A stretch of DNA of 64,000 nucleotides from Candidatus Curtissbacteria bacterium (lineage in GTDB: Bacteria; Patescibacteriota; Microgenomatia; Curtissbacterales; GWA2-41-24), in NCBI GenBank assembly GCA_016198325.1, contig JACQIV010000015.1, positions 1,423-65,422 on the forward strand, written 5' to 3'. A program made the translations under genes and the position numbers. Shown piece after piece: positions 19,217 through 28,623 of this stretch. Numbering within the stretch: position 1 is the stretch's first letter; the number at the start of each line of letters is the position of its first letter. The notes under the pieces are model-generated. The model worked only from the letters and a program-made list of their open reading frames with translations. It had not been told where the DNA came from and did no database searches.

Positions 19217-20878
19217 TCACCAACTTGAGCGGATATGGTCCATGGCAAAGTTTATGTTTCCGCGGACTTTTTTACCCGGATTAAAAATATTGTCCGGATC
19301 AAAAATTTCCTTGGTTTTTTCAAACAACCTGCAGATTCGCGAACCATACATCTTTCTAAGATAGGGCGTTCGTATTATTCCGTCGTTATGTTCACCGCTT
19401 GTTGTACCGTGGTATTTAAGTACAAGATTAAAAACTTCATCCGCAAGCTTGGGTATTATTGCTCTTTGTTTCGGGTCTTGAAGATTCATTAAAGGGATTA
19501 TATGGAAATTACCGTCCCCCAGATGTCCGGCGATGGTATAAATAAGTTCGGGGTATTTTTCAAAAATTTTATTTAATTTCGGCAGGAATTCTTTCAAATA
19601 TTCAGGTTTAACCGCAAAATCGTCAATAAACGGTGCAGTATGCTTGTCCCGTATTTTTTGCCTAAGTAGGTTGAAGCTTTCTCTCCTGATACTCCAATAT
19701 TTCTTCTCGGAGTTTTTGTTTGGTGCAACCCTCATTTTTAGTTTGTAAGGGGTAAGTTTCGCGCGGAGCTTTTCTATTTTTTCACCGAGTTCATGCCTGC
19801 TGTCTCCCGTAAACTCAACCTGAAGAATCAGTTTTGGTACGCCGCCCGAAGCCACCATAAAAAATTCCGGTAAAAAATGCCAACCGGTTTCAATTGCATT
19901 TTTAGTGCCAAGCTTTTTTGCAAATTCCGGGAAAAACTTAACAGCAAGCTTTAAGGTGTGGTCATCATAGGTTTCAAAACTTTCCGGCTCCAGGGGTAAT
20001 ACATCATTTATTACGTCTCCTAGATGGTCAAGATTGTTAAGGAAGATTATCATCATCTCGGAAAACCTTTTGGTCTCCACCAACTTCAAGGTAGCCTCTG
20101 TAACGATTCCCAGTGTACCCTGCGCTCCTACAATCAATCTGGTCAAATCAAAAATCTTGTTTTCTTTATCGTAAACGTTCCAAAGGTAGTAACCCGCTGA
20201 ATTTTTAGAAACCTTAGGTTTGGCAGCTTTTATCAAATCGTAATTTTTACTTATCAAATTAAACATTTTGCGGTAAATTTCGCCTTCAAAATCCCTTTTT
20301 TTCATTTTTGTATCAAGCTCTGTTTCCGAAAGGGGTTTAATAATGTGTTCTTTGCCGTCAGACAAAACTATTTTGTAAGAGGTAATAAAATTTTCTGTCT
20401 TTCCGTATTCGAGTGATTTTTCTCCGCCGGAATTATTATTAACAATGCCTCCCATTGCGCAGATTTCTTTTGACGCCGGGTAAGATGGAAATATCAAGCC
20501 TCTTGCGAGCGTTTCGTCTTCAAAATCCCGGTAATACATCCCCGGCTGGAACCTGGCTGTCTTGTTCTTAATGGAAAATAAACGGTTCATATATTTTGTA
20601 AAACTTATGGAAATCGACTGGGTAAGAGGACCGCCACTCATGTCGGTCCCCGCAGATCTTCCGGTGACAGATATATTTTCCGAAGAGGCCTTATTTTCGT
20701 TAACGAATTTAACAACTTCCGAAACATCCTTTGAATTTTTTGGAAATATTACGAGTTCCGGCTTGACCTCGAAAATGCTTGCGTCGTGGCTGTGCAGGGC
20801 AAGAATTTCTTCGTCAACGGAGAGATCACCCTCAATCCTCTTCTTAAGTTCTCCGATTTTCTGTTTTGTAAGGGGCAC
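19217..20878 (-). CDS. FAD-binding oxidoreductase (GlcD / D-lactate dehydrogenase-like)
   Basis: GRSAGTDMSGG, GAQGTLG, GHLGDGNFH, SGEHNDG, FDPDNIFNPGK. Confidence 0.9.
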   Translation of the reverse strand: MPLTKQKIGELKKRIEGDLSVDEEILALHSHDASIFEVKPELVIFPKNSKDVSEVVKFVNENKASSENISVTGRSAGTDMSGGPLTQSISISFTKYMNRLFSIKNKTARFQPGMYYRDFEDETLARGLIFPSYPASKEICAMGGIVNNNSGGEKSLEYGKTENFITSYKIVLSDGKEHIIKPLSETELDTKMKKRDFEGEIYRKMFNLISKNYDLIKAAKPKVSKNSAGYYLWNVYDKENKIFDLTRLIVGAQGTLGIVTEATLKLVETKRFSEMMIIFLNNLDHLGDVINDVLPLEPESFETYDDHTLKLAVKFFPEFAKKLGTKNAIETGWHFLPEFFMVASGGVPKLILQVEFTGDSRHELGEKIEKLRAKLTPYKLKMRVAPNKNSEKKYWSIRRESFNLLRQKIRDKHTAPFIDDFAVKPEYLKEFLPKLNKIFEKYPELIYTIAGHLGDGNFHIIPLMNLQDPKQRAIIPKLADEVFNLVLKYHGTTSGEHNDGIIRTPYLRKMYGSRICRLFEKTKEIFDPDNIFNPGKKVRGNINFAMDHIRSSW

Positions 20879-21870
20879 TATTTTCCCTTCCTTTCGATTA
20901 CTTTTTTGACCGCATTTTTGATAGCAGCTTTCCCAAGATTATATTTCTCGATCAACTCCTTTGGTTTTCCTGATTCCGCAAAAGTGTTATCAAGCCCTAC
21001 AAATTCCATTGGGGCCGGTAAATTCTTCACTAGAAACTCGGAAAGGGCACCGCCTAGTCCGCCGTCCTGCTGATGATCCTCAACGGAAACGACCGAGCCG
21101 CATTTTTTAACCTGTTCTAAAATTCCTTCAATATCGAGCGGTTTAACGGAAGAGATATTCAAAACATTCACCTTGACCCCTTCTTCTTCCAGTTCTTTTG
21201 CGGCAAGTAACGCTTCACCTATTAGGTGGCCCGTTGAGCAAATTACCGCCTGCGGCAGATCACAAGTCCAGAACAATCCCGCCTTCCCAAGTTCAAAAGG
21301 GGTCTCATTGCTTGTAATAACAGGGGTCTTATCTCTTGTAAACCTAAGGTAAACAGGCCCTTCAAAACCCGCCGATGCGACTGTTGCCTTTTTTGCCTCT
21401 ATCGCGTCACAGGGTACAACGACTGTCATCTTCGGCCAACAACGGGTTATTGCTATATCTTCCGTTGCCTGATGAGTTGCACCATCCGGTCCTGTCACAA
21501 TGCCCGAGTGATGTCCGCCTATTTTGACATTGGCCCGGTTATAAACCGTTGTCGTGCGGATAGTCTCCCAATTTTTACCCGGGGAGAAAGTGGCATATGA
21601 AGAAATAAAAGGGATTTTCCCCGCAACTGCCAGACCTGCCGCAACCGCTGCCATATTTTGCTCGGCGACACCGCACTCAAAAAACCTTTCAGGATATTTT
21701 TCGGCGAATTTATTAACTTTTGTTGATTCCGTCAAGTCTGCGGAAAGTACGACTACGTTCGGATTTTTTTCGCCAAGCTCCAAAAGTCCTTCACCGTATC
21801 CCTGCCTCGTTGGAGCCTCTTCCGCCTCCTCAAAAAATTTCTGATTTAATTTTAGGGCAGGGTTAAGCAT
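20878..21870 (-). CDS. Transketolase C-terminal subunit
   Basis: GVAEQNM, GPDGATHQ, VEDHQ. Confidence 0.93.
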   Translation of the reverse strand: MLNPALKLNQKFFEEAEEAPTRQGYGEGLLELGEKNPNVVVLSADLTESTKVNKFAEKYPERFFECGVAEQNMAAVAAGLAVAGKIPFISSYATFSPGKNWETIRTTTVYNRANVKIGGHHSGIVTGPDGATHQATEDIAITRCWPKMTVVVPCDAIEAKKATVASAGFEGPVYLRFTRDKTPVITSNETPFELGKAGLFWTCDLPQAVICSTGHLIGEALLAAKELEEEGVKVNVLNISSVKPLDIEGILEQVKKCGSVVSVEDHQQDGGLGGALSEFLVKNLPAPMEFVGLDNTFAESGKPKELIEKYNLGKAAIKNAVKKVIERKGK

Positions 21871-22763
21871 TATTTATGTTGGTTTTTGGTTGTTTCTCTT
21901 ATCATTTTAAGTTCCAGCAGAGCCTTTTTGGCCTGTTCACCTTTTGGGGGTGCTCCCAAGACTTCTGAAGTATCAGGCGGCATACCATGCCACTCGAACC
22001 TGTTTTCCATAAAACTTACTCCCTTCCCGGGAACGGTATGGGCGATAATAACCGTCGGTTGCTGGTGCGTGGAGTTTGCCTGTTTTACCGCATCTACAAA
22101 TTCGTGGATGTTATTTCCATCGACATCAATAACATGCCAGTTAAATGCCCTATATTTATCGTGTAACGGTTCAAGGGGCATAACATTTTCCGTAAAGCCG
22201 TCAATCTGAATATTGTTCCTGTCAATAACGACGCATAAATTATCCAGTTTATATCTTGGTGCCATCATCATTGCTTCCCAGGTATTTCCCTCCTGATGCT
22301 CACCGTCGGAGGTAAGGCAATAAATATGGTGGTTTTTGCCGTCCATTTTGGCAGCCAGTGCCATCCCGATAGACTGCGAAATCCCCTCACCCAACGGCCC
22401 GGAGGTTGTTTCTAAGCCTGGTAAAGAAGACCTGTGCGGATGCCCCTGTAATCTTGAATTGACTTTTCTTAAAGTTTTAAGTTCTGCAATTGGAAAATAA
22501 CCAGCCATTGCCATCGTTACGTACTGAATAGGGCATATATGTCCGTTCGAAAGTACAAGCCTGTCCCGTTCTTCCCAAAATGGATTCTCCGGCTTATGGT
22601 TTAGAATGTGAAAGTAGAAGGCAACAAAAATATCAGTCATTCCCAACGGACCTGCTGTATGACCCGAACCAGCCTCAACCAATGTTTCGATTACAAGCTC
22701 CCGCGCCTTTACCGCTTTTTCTTCGAGATCCTTTAATTTTTCCTCGTGTAACTCGTCGATCAT
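21870..22763 (-). CDS. Transketolase N-terminal subunit
   Basis: SGH, LSNGH, LQGHP, SGPLGEG, SDGEHQEG...N (TPP motif). Confidence 0.93.
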   Translation of the reverse strand: MIDELHEEKLKDLEEKAVKARELVIETLVEAGSGHTAGPLGMTDIFVAFYFHILNHKPENPFWEERDRLVLSNGHICPIQYVTMAMAGYFPIAELKTLRKVNSRLQGHPHRSSLPGLETTSGPLGEGISQSIGMALAAKMDGKNHHIYCLTSDGEHQEGNTWEAMMMAPRYKLDNLCVVIDRNNIQIDGFTENVMPLEPLHDKYRAFNWHVIDVDGNNIHEFVDAVKQANSTHQQPTVIIAHTVPGKGVSFMENRFEWHGMPPDTSEVLGAPPKGEQAKKALLELKMIRETTKNQHK

Positions 22764-24043
22764 AATTTGGCAACTACAAAAAGATCGGAAACATTAGAGG
22801 GCAGCCTGCCCGTCTCAATTCCGTCCCCGACTTGTTTAAAAAAATTGTAACTGTCATTTCTATTTAAGAAGATATTAGGGTCTAAATTCAAACTTTTTGC
22901 TGCTTTCACGGTCAAATGGTCTCCGATTGCCCCGGCAAACTCCGTATTATCCCAGCCGTCGGTAGTTAGTGCTGCAATAATCGTCTTATCATCAACTGAA
23001 GATAAAGCCCCCAAAACTACCTCCTGATTCCTTCCGCCTTTTCCGTCGCCGCGGACTTCAACGGTTGTTTCTCCTCCCGCAAGAAGCAATTCACCATCAT
23101 TACAAGCCCTAATCAACTTTTCTCCTGACAAGTGTGCAGTACCTTGAAAATTATCTTTAAAAATACACGTGTTTATTTCTATAGATTCCGCCTTTTTCTT
23201 CATTGCCTCCAGCGCTGTTAAATTAGAAAGCATTAATATATTTTCAATTTTTTCAAAATATTTTGCCTCTTTTGGAGTTTCAACAAAATTAAGCCGGAAA
23301 TTAATATGGCCGTTTAGAGTATATTGGCTGCAAATATCACCAGCGTCGCTTGCGGTAGTTGGATCTTTAACAAATGGTGCTGAAGCAATTACGGAGAGAT
23401 CATTTCCCGGGACATCGGAAAATACCAAATTTACAACTGTTGCAGGATACGCTATTGCGGCAAGCCCACCACCTTTTACCCAAGATAAGTGTTTTCTGAC
23501 CACATTCATGTCATGAATATTCGCACCACTCTTCAAAAGTGCCTTATTGACTTCGATTATTTGCTCTACATTAAGATCAACCGGACGTTCCAAAAGTGCA
23601 GACCCTCCACCGCACGTTACGACGACCAATAGAGCCTCGTTTCCAAGGACTTTAAGCTCATTAATAATTTTTTCGGTGAATTTAAAATTGGCTTCAGAGG
23701 GAACCGGGTGAGTGCCACTTGTAAACTCGATTTTTGAAAAACTTTCTTCCGTCACATCAATTACAAAACCCTGCGCCAGGAAGTTGCCAAGAATTCCCTC
23801 AATTTGTTTGGAAATTCTTGCGGAGCCTTTGCCAAAACCCAGTAAAAATACTTTATTAAAATTCGCAAGATCAATTTCCCTGTCTTTAATTTTCAGTATC
23901 GAACCGGAAAGATTAACACTTGAAGAAATTATCGCCTCCGGTTGAATAGGAGAATACGCAGCTTCAATTAAATCCAAAACAATCTTACGTTTTTCGTTTT
24001 TTGCCAACAGGCCATAATTTCTAACAAAACCCACTAAACCCAT
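22760..24043 (-). CDS. Glycerate 2-kinase (MOFRL/DUF4147); start uncertain, GTG 24034 is possible
   Basis: GFGK, HPVP, GGGSAL, RKHLSWVKGG, SDVPG, AGGETTV, GGRNQE, TDGWD. Confidence 0.9.
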   Translation of the reverse strand: MGLVGFVRNYGLLAKNEKRKIVLDLIEAAYSPIQPEAIISSSVNLSGSILKIKDREIDLANFNKVFLLGFGKGSARISKQIEGILGNFLAQGFVIDVTEESFSKIEFTSGTHPVPSEANFKFTEKIINELKVLGNEALLVVVTCGGGSALLERPVDLNVEQIIEVNKALLKSGANIHDMNVVRKHLSWVKGGGLAAIAYPATVVNLVFSDVPGNDLSVIASAPFVKDPTTASDAGDICSQYTLNGHINFRLNFVETPKEAKYFEKIENILMLSNLTALEAMKKKAESIEINTCIFKDNFQGTAHLSGEKLIRACNDGELLLAGGETTVEVRGDGKGGRNQEVVLGALSSVDDKTIIAALTTDGWDNTEFAGAIGDHLTVKAAKSLNLDPNIFLNRNDSYNFFKQVGDGIETGRLPSNVSDLFVVAKL

Positions 24044-24090
24044 TATAGGCATGACAAACCGGTACTTCTCAATAGGCATATAATCTTTCT

Positions 24091-24714
24091 ATGTACTTCA
24101 AAAACAGGGAAGAGGCCGGGAAATTTCTGGGTGAGAAATTGGCGAGCCTATCGCTCTGCGACACGATTGTCCTGGGACTGCCCCGGGGAGGAGTAGTCGT
24201 TGCAAAAGAAGTAGCAAAAGTTCTTAATGTGCCTCTTAATGTTTTTATTGTCAGAAAACTTGGGGTTCCGCATCATAGAGAACTGGCGATGGGAGCTATT
24301 GCAGAGGAAGGCGAATCAATCCTGGACAAAGAAACAATTCGGTCTTACGGATTAACAAGGCAACAAATCAACCGGGTAATTATGGAAGAAGAGGAGGAAT
24401 TACGAAGAAGGATTAAGCTTTACAGAAACGGTAAGAAACTACCTAATCTGAAGGGAAAAACAGTCATATTAGTAGATGACGGCCTGGCAACCGGCATGAG
24501 TGCAAAAGTAGCCTTAACTTCTATAAAAAAGCAAAAACCAAAAAATATTATTTTCGCAGCACCAATTTGCGCAAATCAATCCATAGATCAAATATCAAAA
24601 CTCTCCAAGGTTGTATGTCTTACCATTCCCAAAGATTTGATTGCAATTGGTAGTTATTACGACAATTTCAGGCAAATTACGGACTACGAAGTACTCGAAC
24701 TTTTGGAAAAATAG
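24091..24714 (+). CDS. Phosphoribosyltransferase family protein
   Basis: FKNREEAG, LPRGGV, VDDGLATG. Confidence 0.9.
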   Translation: MYFKNREEAGKFLGEKLASLSLCDTIVLGLPRGGVVVAKEVAKVLNVPLNVFIVRKLGVPHHRELAMGAIAEEGESILDKETIRSYGLTRQQINRVIMEEEEELRRRIKLYRNGKKLPNLKGKTVILVDDGLATGMSAKVALTSIKKQKPKNIIFAAPICANQSIDQISKLSKVVCLTIPKDLIAIGSYYDNFRQITDYEVLELLEK

Positions 24715-24764
24715 TCCCTAAATTGCACAAGCTGGCGAAAACGGTATAAAATTGCCTGTAAATT

Positions 24765-25199
24765 GTGAAAAAACTACTGGATATTATTAAGAGAAATGCG
24801 CTATACATAGCCTTTTTGCAGGCATGGGTTGCAACATTGGGAAGCGCCTATTTTTCCGAAATTCAAAACCTTACACCGTGCAGGCTTTGCTGGTATCAGC
24901 GGATTTTAATGTTTCCGCTTGTTGCCATACTAGGCATAGCAATTATTAGACGTGATAAAAATGTCGCCTACTATGTCTTACCCTTGACGATACTGGGGAC
25001 ATTTATCGGACTCTACCAATACCTGTTACAAATGACCCCCCTAAAGGAAATAAACCCTGTTTCGTGTTCGGAAACAGCACCGTGCAGCGCAATCGACGCT
25101 ATTTATTTTGGGTTTGTAACGATCCCTTTTCTTTCTATGACCGCCTTTATTATTATTAGTATTATGATGTTTTTGCTTTTATTAAAAAAGAAGAAATGA
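24765..25199 (+). CDS. dsbB: Disulfide bond formation protein B (BdbC-like)
   Basis: PCRLCWYQRI, second Cys pair, multiple TM segments. Confidence 0.9.
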   Translation: MKKLLDIIKRNALYIAFLQAWVATLGSAYFSEIQNLTPCRLCWYQRILMFPLVAILGIAIIRRDKNVAYYVLPLTILGTFIGLYQYLLQMTPLKEINPVSCSETAPCSAIDAIYFGFVTIPFLSMTAFIIISIMMFLLLLKKKK

Positions 25200-25831
25200 G
25201 CAACGAAACTAAGTTTATAATTGGAATAGCAGTAATAACAATAGGTCTTACAATCGGTGGCATATTTTTCTTCAGTAAAGGTTCAAAGCCACATGATCAG
25301 CAAACTGACCAAACCTTAATCCTTTCAAACGTCAGGCACACCAAAGGCAACTCCGGGGCCAAAGTAAAAATTGTTGAATTTTCCGATTTCCAGTGTCCCG
25401 CTTGTAAAGCCGCGCAACCAATTGTTAAAAAAGTTATGGAAGAAAATTCCAATAAAGCTTATTTTGCATATCGCCATTTTCCTCTTCCTTCACACTCAAA
25501 TTCGAAAATAGCCGGGCAAGCTGCAGAAGCGGCAGGGAACCAAGGCAAATTCTGGGAAATGCATGATATTCTTTTTGAAAAGCAAACGGAATGGTCGGGA
25601 GAGGGAGATCCGCAAAAAGTCTTTGAGGGTTATGCACAAAATCTCAGTCTCGATGTTGATAAATTTAAAGAAGATATCAAAAACGCCATCGGTTCGGTTA
25701 ACCAGGACGCAGCAGACGGGAAAAATTTAACTGTTTCTTCAACACCGACTTTTTTCATAAATGGACAGAAATATCCGGGAGTGCTAGATGAAGCTACATT
25801 TCTCCAAATTATCAATAGTTCCGGTCAATAA
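25196..25831 (+). CDS. DsbA family thiol-disulfide oxidoreductase
   Basis: N-terminal TM, EFSDFQCPAC, RHFPL, STPTFFING. Confidence 0.92.
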   Translation: MSNETKFIIGIAVITIGLTIGGIFFFSKGSKPHDQQTDQTLILSNVRHTKGNSGAKVKIVEFSDFQCPACKAAQPIVKKVMEENSNKAYFAYRHFPLPSHSNSKIAGQAAEAAGNQGKFWEMHDILFEKQTEWSGEGDPQKVFEGYAQNLSLDVDKFKEDIKNAIGSVNQDAADGKNLTVSSTPTFFINGQKYPGVLDEATFLQIINSSGQ

Positions 25832-25857
25832 TCTTTCGGTTTGCGGTAAACTAAAGC

Positions 25858-26655
25858 ATGGATAATCTGCCTCTTTTTTTCAAAATTCCCAAAATTAGTT
25901 CTTCGTTCCGAAGTCTTGAAGATAACATCAAGGAAAAAGGACTTCAGAGTGGAGTTGCCCATTTTCTTTCGTCCCTTGGAACGGAAATAGAGGTAATCGG
26001 CCTTAACAGGGAAGTAAAAGAAACTTTACTGACCCGGCCGGTTCTTGTAATTGCCAACCATCCGAATAGTTTCGATCCTCTTGCAATCCTCTCTGCTCTT
26101 CCTCCAAGGGAAGACGCATATGTTGTCCTAAGTTCGGATTTTTACGAGTCTATGCCAAGCTTTGGCACATACGCTATACCGGTTTATATTAGAAACCAGA
26201 CCGCCAAATCCGAGTGGTCCCATCTAAAACTCGCGCTTAAGAGGGTATTTTTCGGAAAAAGTTTAACGCGCGAGGAAGAAAAAACAAGGAATCAGAACAG
26301 CTTAAATCTTACCTCGAGAAAATTAACGGAAGGGGGATCCGTCTTGATGTTTCCATCGCCCGGAAAAGCGATAGGTGAAGAAAAATGGAAAAGGGGAGTA
26401 GGAATGGTATTAAAAACTACTGCAAATACAAATCTAAAAATTGTGATGGCCTATATCACGGGCACATCACCCTTGGATTACTTAAGAGTATTCCCGCAAA
26501 CATGTAAATATTTAGGGGATATATGGGTCACTTATTCAAAACCTTATTACGCTTCAAAACTACTTGAAAGTGCTAAGTCGGCAGAAGAAATAACAGAAAA
26601 GCTTCAAGGTCAATACGAAAATTGGGTGAACATTATTACAAAGTTAAGGGAATAA
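25858..26655 (+). CDS. PlsC-like (lyso)lipid acyltransferase
   Basis: ANHPNSFD (HX4D) and MFPS.G motifs. Confidence 0.75.
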   Translation: MDNLPLFFKIPKISSSFRSLEDNIKEKGLQSGVAHFLSSLGTEIEVIGLNREVKETLLTRPVLVIANHPNSFDPLAILSALPPREDAYVVLSSDFYESMPSFGTYAIPVYIRNQTAKSEWSHLKLALKRVFFGKSLTREEEKTRNQNSLNLTSRKLTEGGSVLMFPSPGKAIGEEKWKRGVGMVLKTTANTNLKIVMAYITGTSPLDYLRVFPQTCKYLGDIWVTYSKPYYASKLLESAKSAEEITEKLQGQYENWVNIITKLRE

Positions 26656-26873
26656 ATCTACTTAATTAAGAGTGTATTTGTGAGAAGGGAGAAAGATACT
26701 CAATAAATAAAATTTTCAAAACGGAATATCTTATCTTTGTCTAATCAAAAATTATTCGAAGTTAAGCAGATCAACTACTTCAACCTGCCGATTGAGAAGC
26801 AGTGTAACACAAACTACAGGCAATAGCAAACTATGGGGCTTTGTTCTAAACTCGAAGCATAGGTGAAGAATTG

Positions 26874-26945
26874 TGGCCCTACGGGGAGTCGAACCCCGCT
26901 TTACGCCTTGAAAGGGCGTCGTCCTAACCGATAGACGATAGGGCC
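26874..26945 (-). tRNA. tRNA-Glu(UUC)
   Basis: Cloverleaf GGCCCTA...ACGCC-CTTTCAA-GGCGT...GTTCGAC...TAGGGCCA; CCA not encoded. Confidence 0.95.
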
Positions 26946-27091
26946 AAAATTTTTAATTTTGTCCCTGCGCATTTCTTCGAAATGCTAAGGGCCTCACTAC
27001 ACTTTGGCCGATTCTTGAAAGTTTTGTATTATAAAGAGCTTAAAATCAGCTTCAGAATTTTAACACATCAAAAACCTAGGATCTAATCCCA

Positions 27092-27123
27092 CTAACATCT
27101 AACACCTAACTACCAACCCCTAC
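27092..27123. repeat. Degenerate heptamer tandem repeat
   Basis: CTAACAT CTAACAC CTAACTA CCAACCC, directly after the stop of the 27120..27791 gene. Confidence 0.5.
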
Positions 27124-27791
27124 TTCTTAAACCGTTCCCAGACGGATTCAAGTAAACTTCTGGCTGTTCCTTGCCCGCCTAGTCCAAAGGCCAAACCTCC
27201 GGCCAAGGCAACCATTGCGACAAGCCCACCAAAAAGAATCCTAAGTAGTTCTTGCGCAACGCCTAATTGATGAAGTACCAAGAAGCCTACGAAGACCATA
27301 AGAGACCACTGGGCAACCAGTGCAACAGTATGGGATATATCCCGGCCAAGCGATCTACTCGTGCTGTACGCAATCCTATAGGCAAGTTTCGAAAATACCA
27401 TACCGATAAGGGCTAGAATTACCGCAACAATTACATTAGGAATATAAAGTATTAGCCTATTCAAAACCGTATTTACAGCATCAAGCCTCCAGGCGGAAAG
27501 AGTCGGTACTAAAAAGACGATAATTATGCTCCACCTTGCAAGTTCCGCCAAAATTTCCGACCACTCAATCTCCTTACCCTCAATCTTGGTAATGCCGTAC
27601 TTGGAAAGGTATTGTTCGAGTTTAATTGCCTTAAGAAAAGCAACAATTACTCTGTAGACAACAGCCGCAAGAATAAGGCCGATTGTCAAAATGACAAGAC
27701 CACCGATTAAAGAAGGAATAAAGTTAACGAATGTTGCAAGTGCCGAAAGGACTGCGGAAGATACTGCCGTTGAAAGATCTTCAACGCTCAT
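27120..27791 (-). CDS. MscS-associated TM-helix repeat protein (CmpX-like)
   Basis: FIPSLIGG, YIPNVIVA, AFGLGGQ; SD GGAGGTGA upstream. Confidence 0.85.
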   Translation of the reverse strand: MSVEDLSTAVSSAVLSALATFVNFIPSLIGGLVILTIGLILAAVVYRVIVAFLKAIKLEQYLSKYGITKIEGKEIEWSEILAELARWSIIIVFLVPTLSAWRLDAVNTVLNRLILYIPNVIVAVILALIGMVFSKLAYRIAYSTSRSLGRDISHTVALVAQWSLMVFVGFLVLHQLGVAQELLRILFGGLVAMVALAGGLAFGLGGQGTARSLLESVWERFKK

Positions 27792-27883
27792 AACGAATCA
27801 CCTCCCTCCGGAAATTGCTCACTAATTCCAGTCTAGAAAATGCCCATGAAAACGTCAAGTGAAAATAGTGGAAACTAATGTCA

Positions 27884-28367
27884 GTGGGGGCACAGGGACG
27901 TTGTTAGAACGCTACCCGGTCTTATAGATCAATTAATAATACTTTATGGTTTTGGGGTGACCGGAGTCTGAGCTGGTGAAAGAGATTTCCTTCCGCCTGT
28001 CGCCTTCGCTGCAAGTTCTGCTAGTAACCTAAGTGTCGAAAGTTCCGTCATACTTACCATCACTGTTGCTGCGCCCGCCTGTCTAGTGATATGACCGGGT
28101 ATCTCTTTAGCAGAAGTTGGTGCTTTTCCAAGCAGAGGATTAAGCATATTTCTTTGCCGTTTTATTTCCTCGTCTAGTTTATCTGCTGCAGAATTAAACT
28201 TCTGATTCCAATTGCTTTTATCTGCTTCGGACTTTTGACCAAATTCTTTTTGAGTAGCTTCAGCTACTTCTTGTGGTAATTCTCCTTCAGCCATTTTGTG
28301 TATCTAATTTATTCTCGCAATTCACAAAAAATTATGCAACCACACATGTATGGTGGGGGCACAGGGA
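27884..28367. mobile_element. Relic islet at tRNA-Lys bounded by a 15-bp direct repeat
   Basis: gtgggggcacaggga occurs at 27884-27898 and at 28353-28367 (tRNA 3' end). Confidence 0.6.
27944..28294 (-). CDS. Hypothetical protein
   Basis: 116-aa ORF with ATG start, between the direct repeats. Confidence 0.6.
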   Translation of the reverse strand: MAEGELPQEVAEATQKEFGQKSEADKSNWNQKFNSAADKLDEEIKRQRNMLNPLLGKAPTSAKEIPGHITRQAGAATVMVSMTELSTLRLLAELAAKATGGRKSLSPAQTPVTPKP

Positions 28368-28425
28368 TTCGAACCCTGAACCATTCGCTTAAAAGGCGAG
28401 TGCTCTACCGTTGAGCTATACCCCC
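28351..28425 (-). tRNA. tRNA-Lys(UUU)
   Basis: GGGGGTATAGCTCAA...CTCGC-CTTTTAA-GCGAA...GTTCGAATC...CCCCCACCA. Confidence 0.95.
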
Positions 28426-28623
28426 AAAAACGAAGTTTTTGAGGCGTACGTCACACAAAATGTGACCTACCCCCTTTGCGCATAGCGCAAACTTCAAAGA
28501 AATCTTAATCCTGAAGATCAATTATATCTGAAGTTGAATTTAGCTTCAATAAGCTTGGTTACGATATAGAAATATTTTATAATCTATCCCTAGACTCTTG
28601 ATTCTCGACTATAGTCACTTTTT

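Noticed and set aside
26656-26873. Hidden gene or att duplication downstream of tRNA-Glu
   Set aside because: No convincing ORF, repeat or structure could be identified
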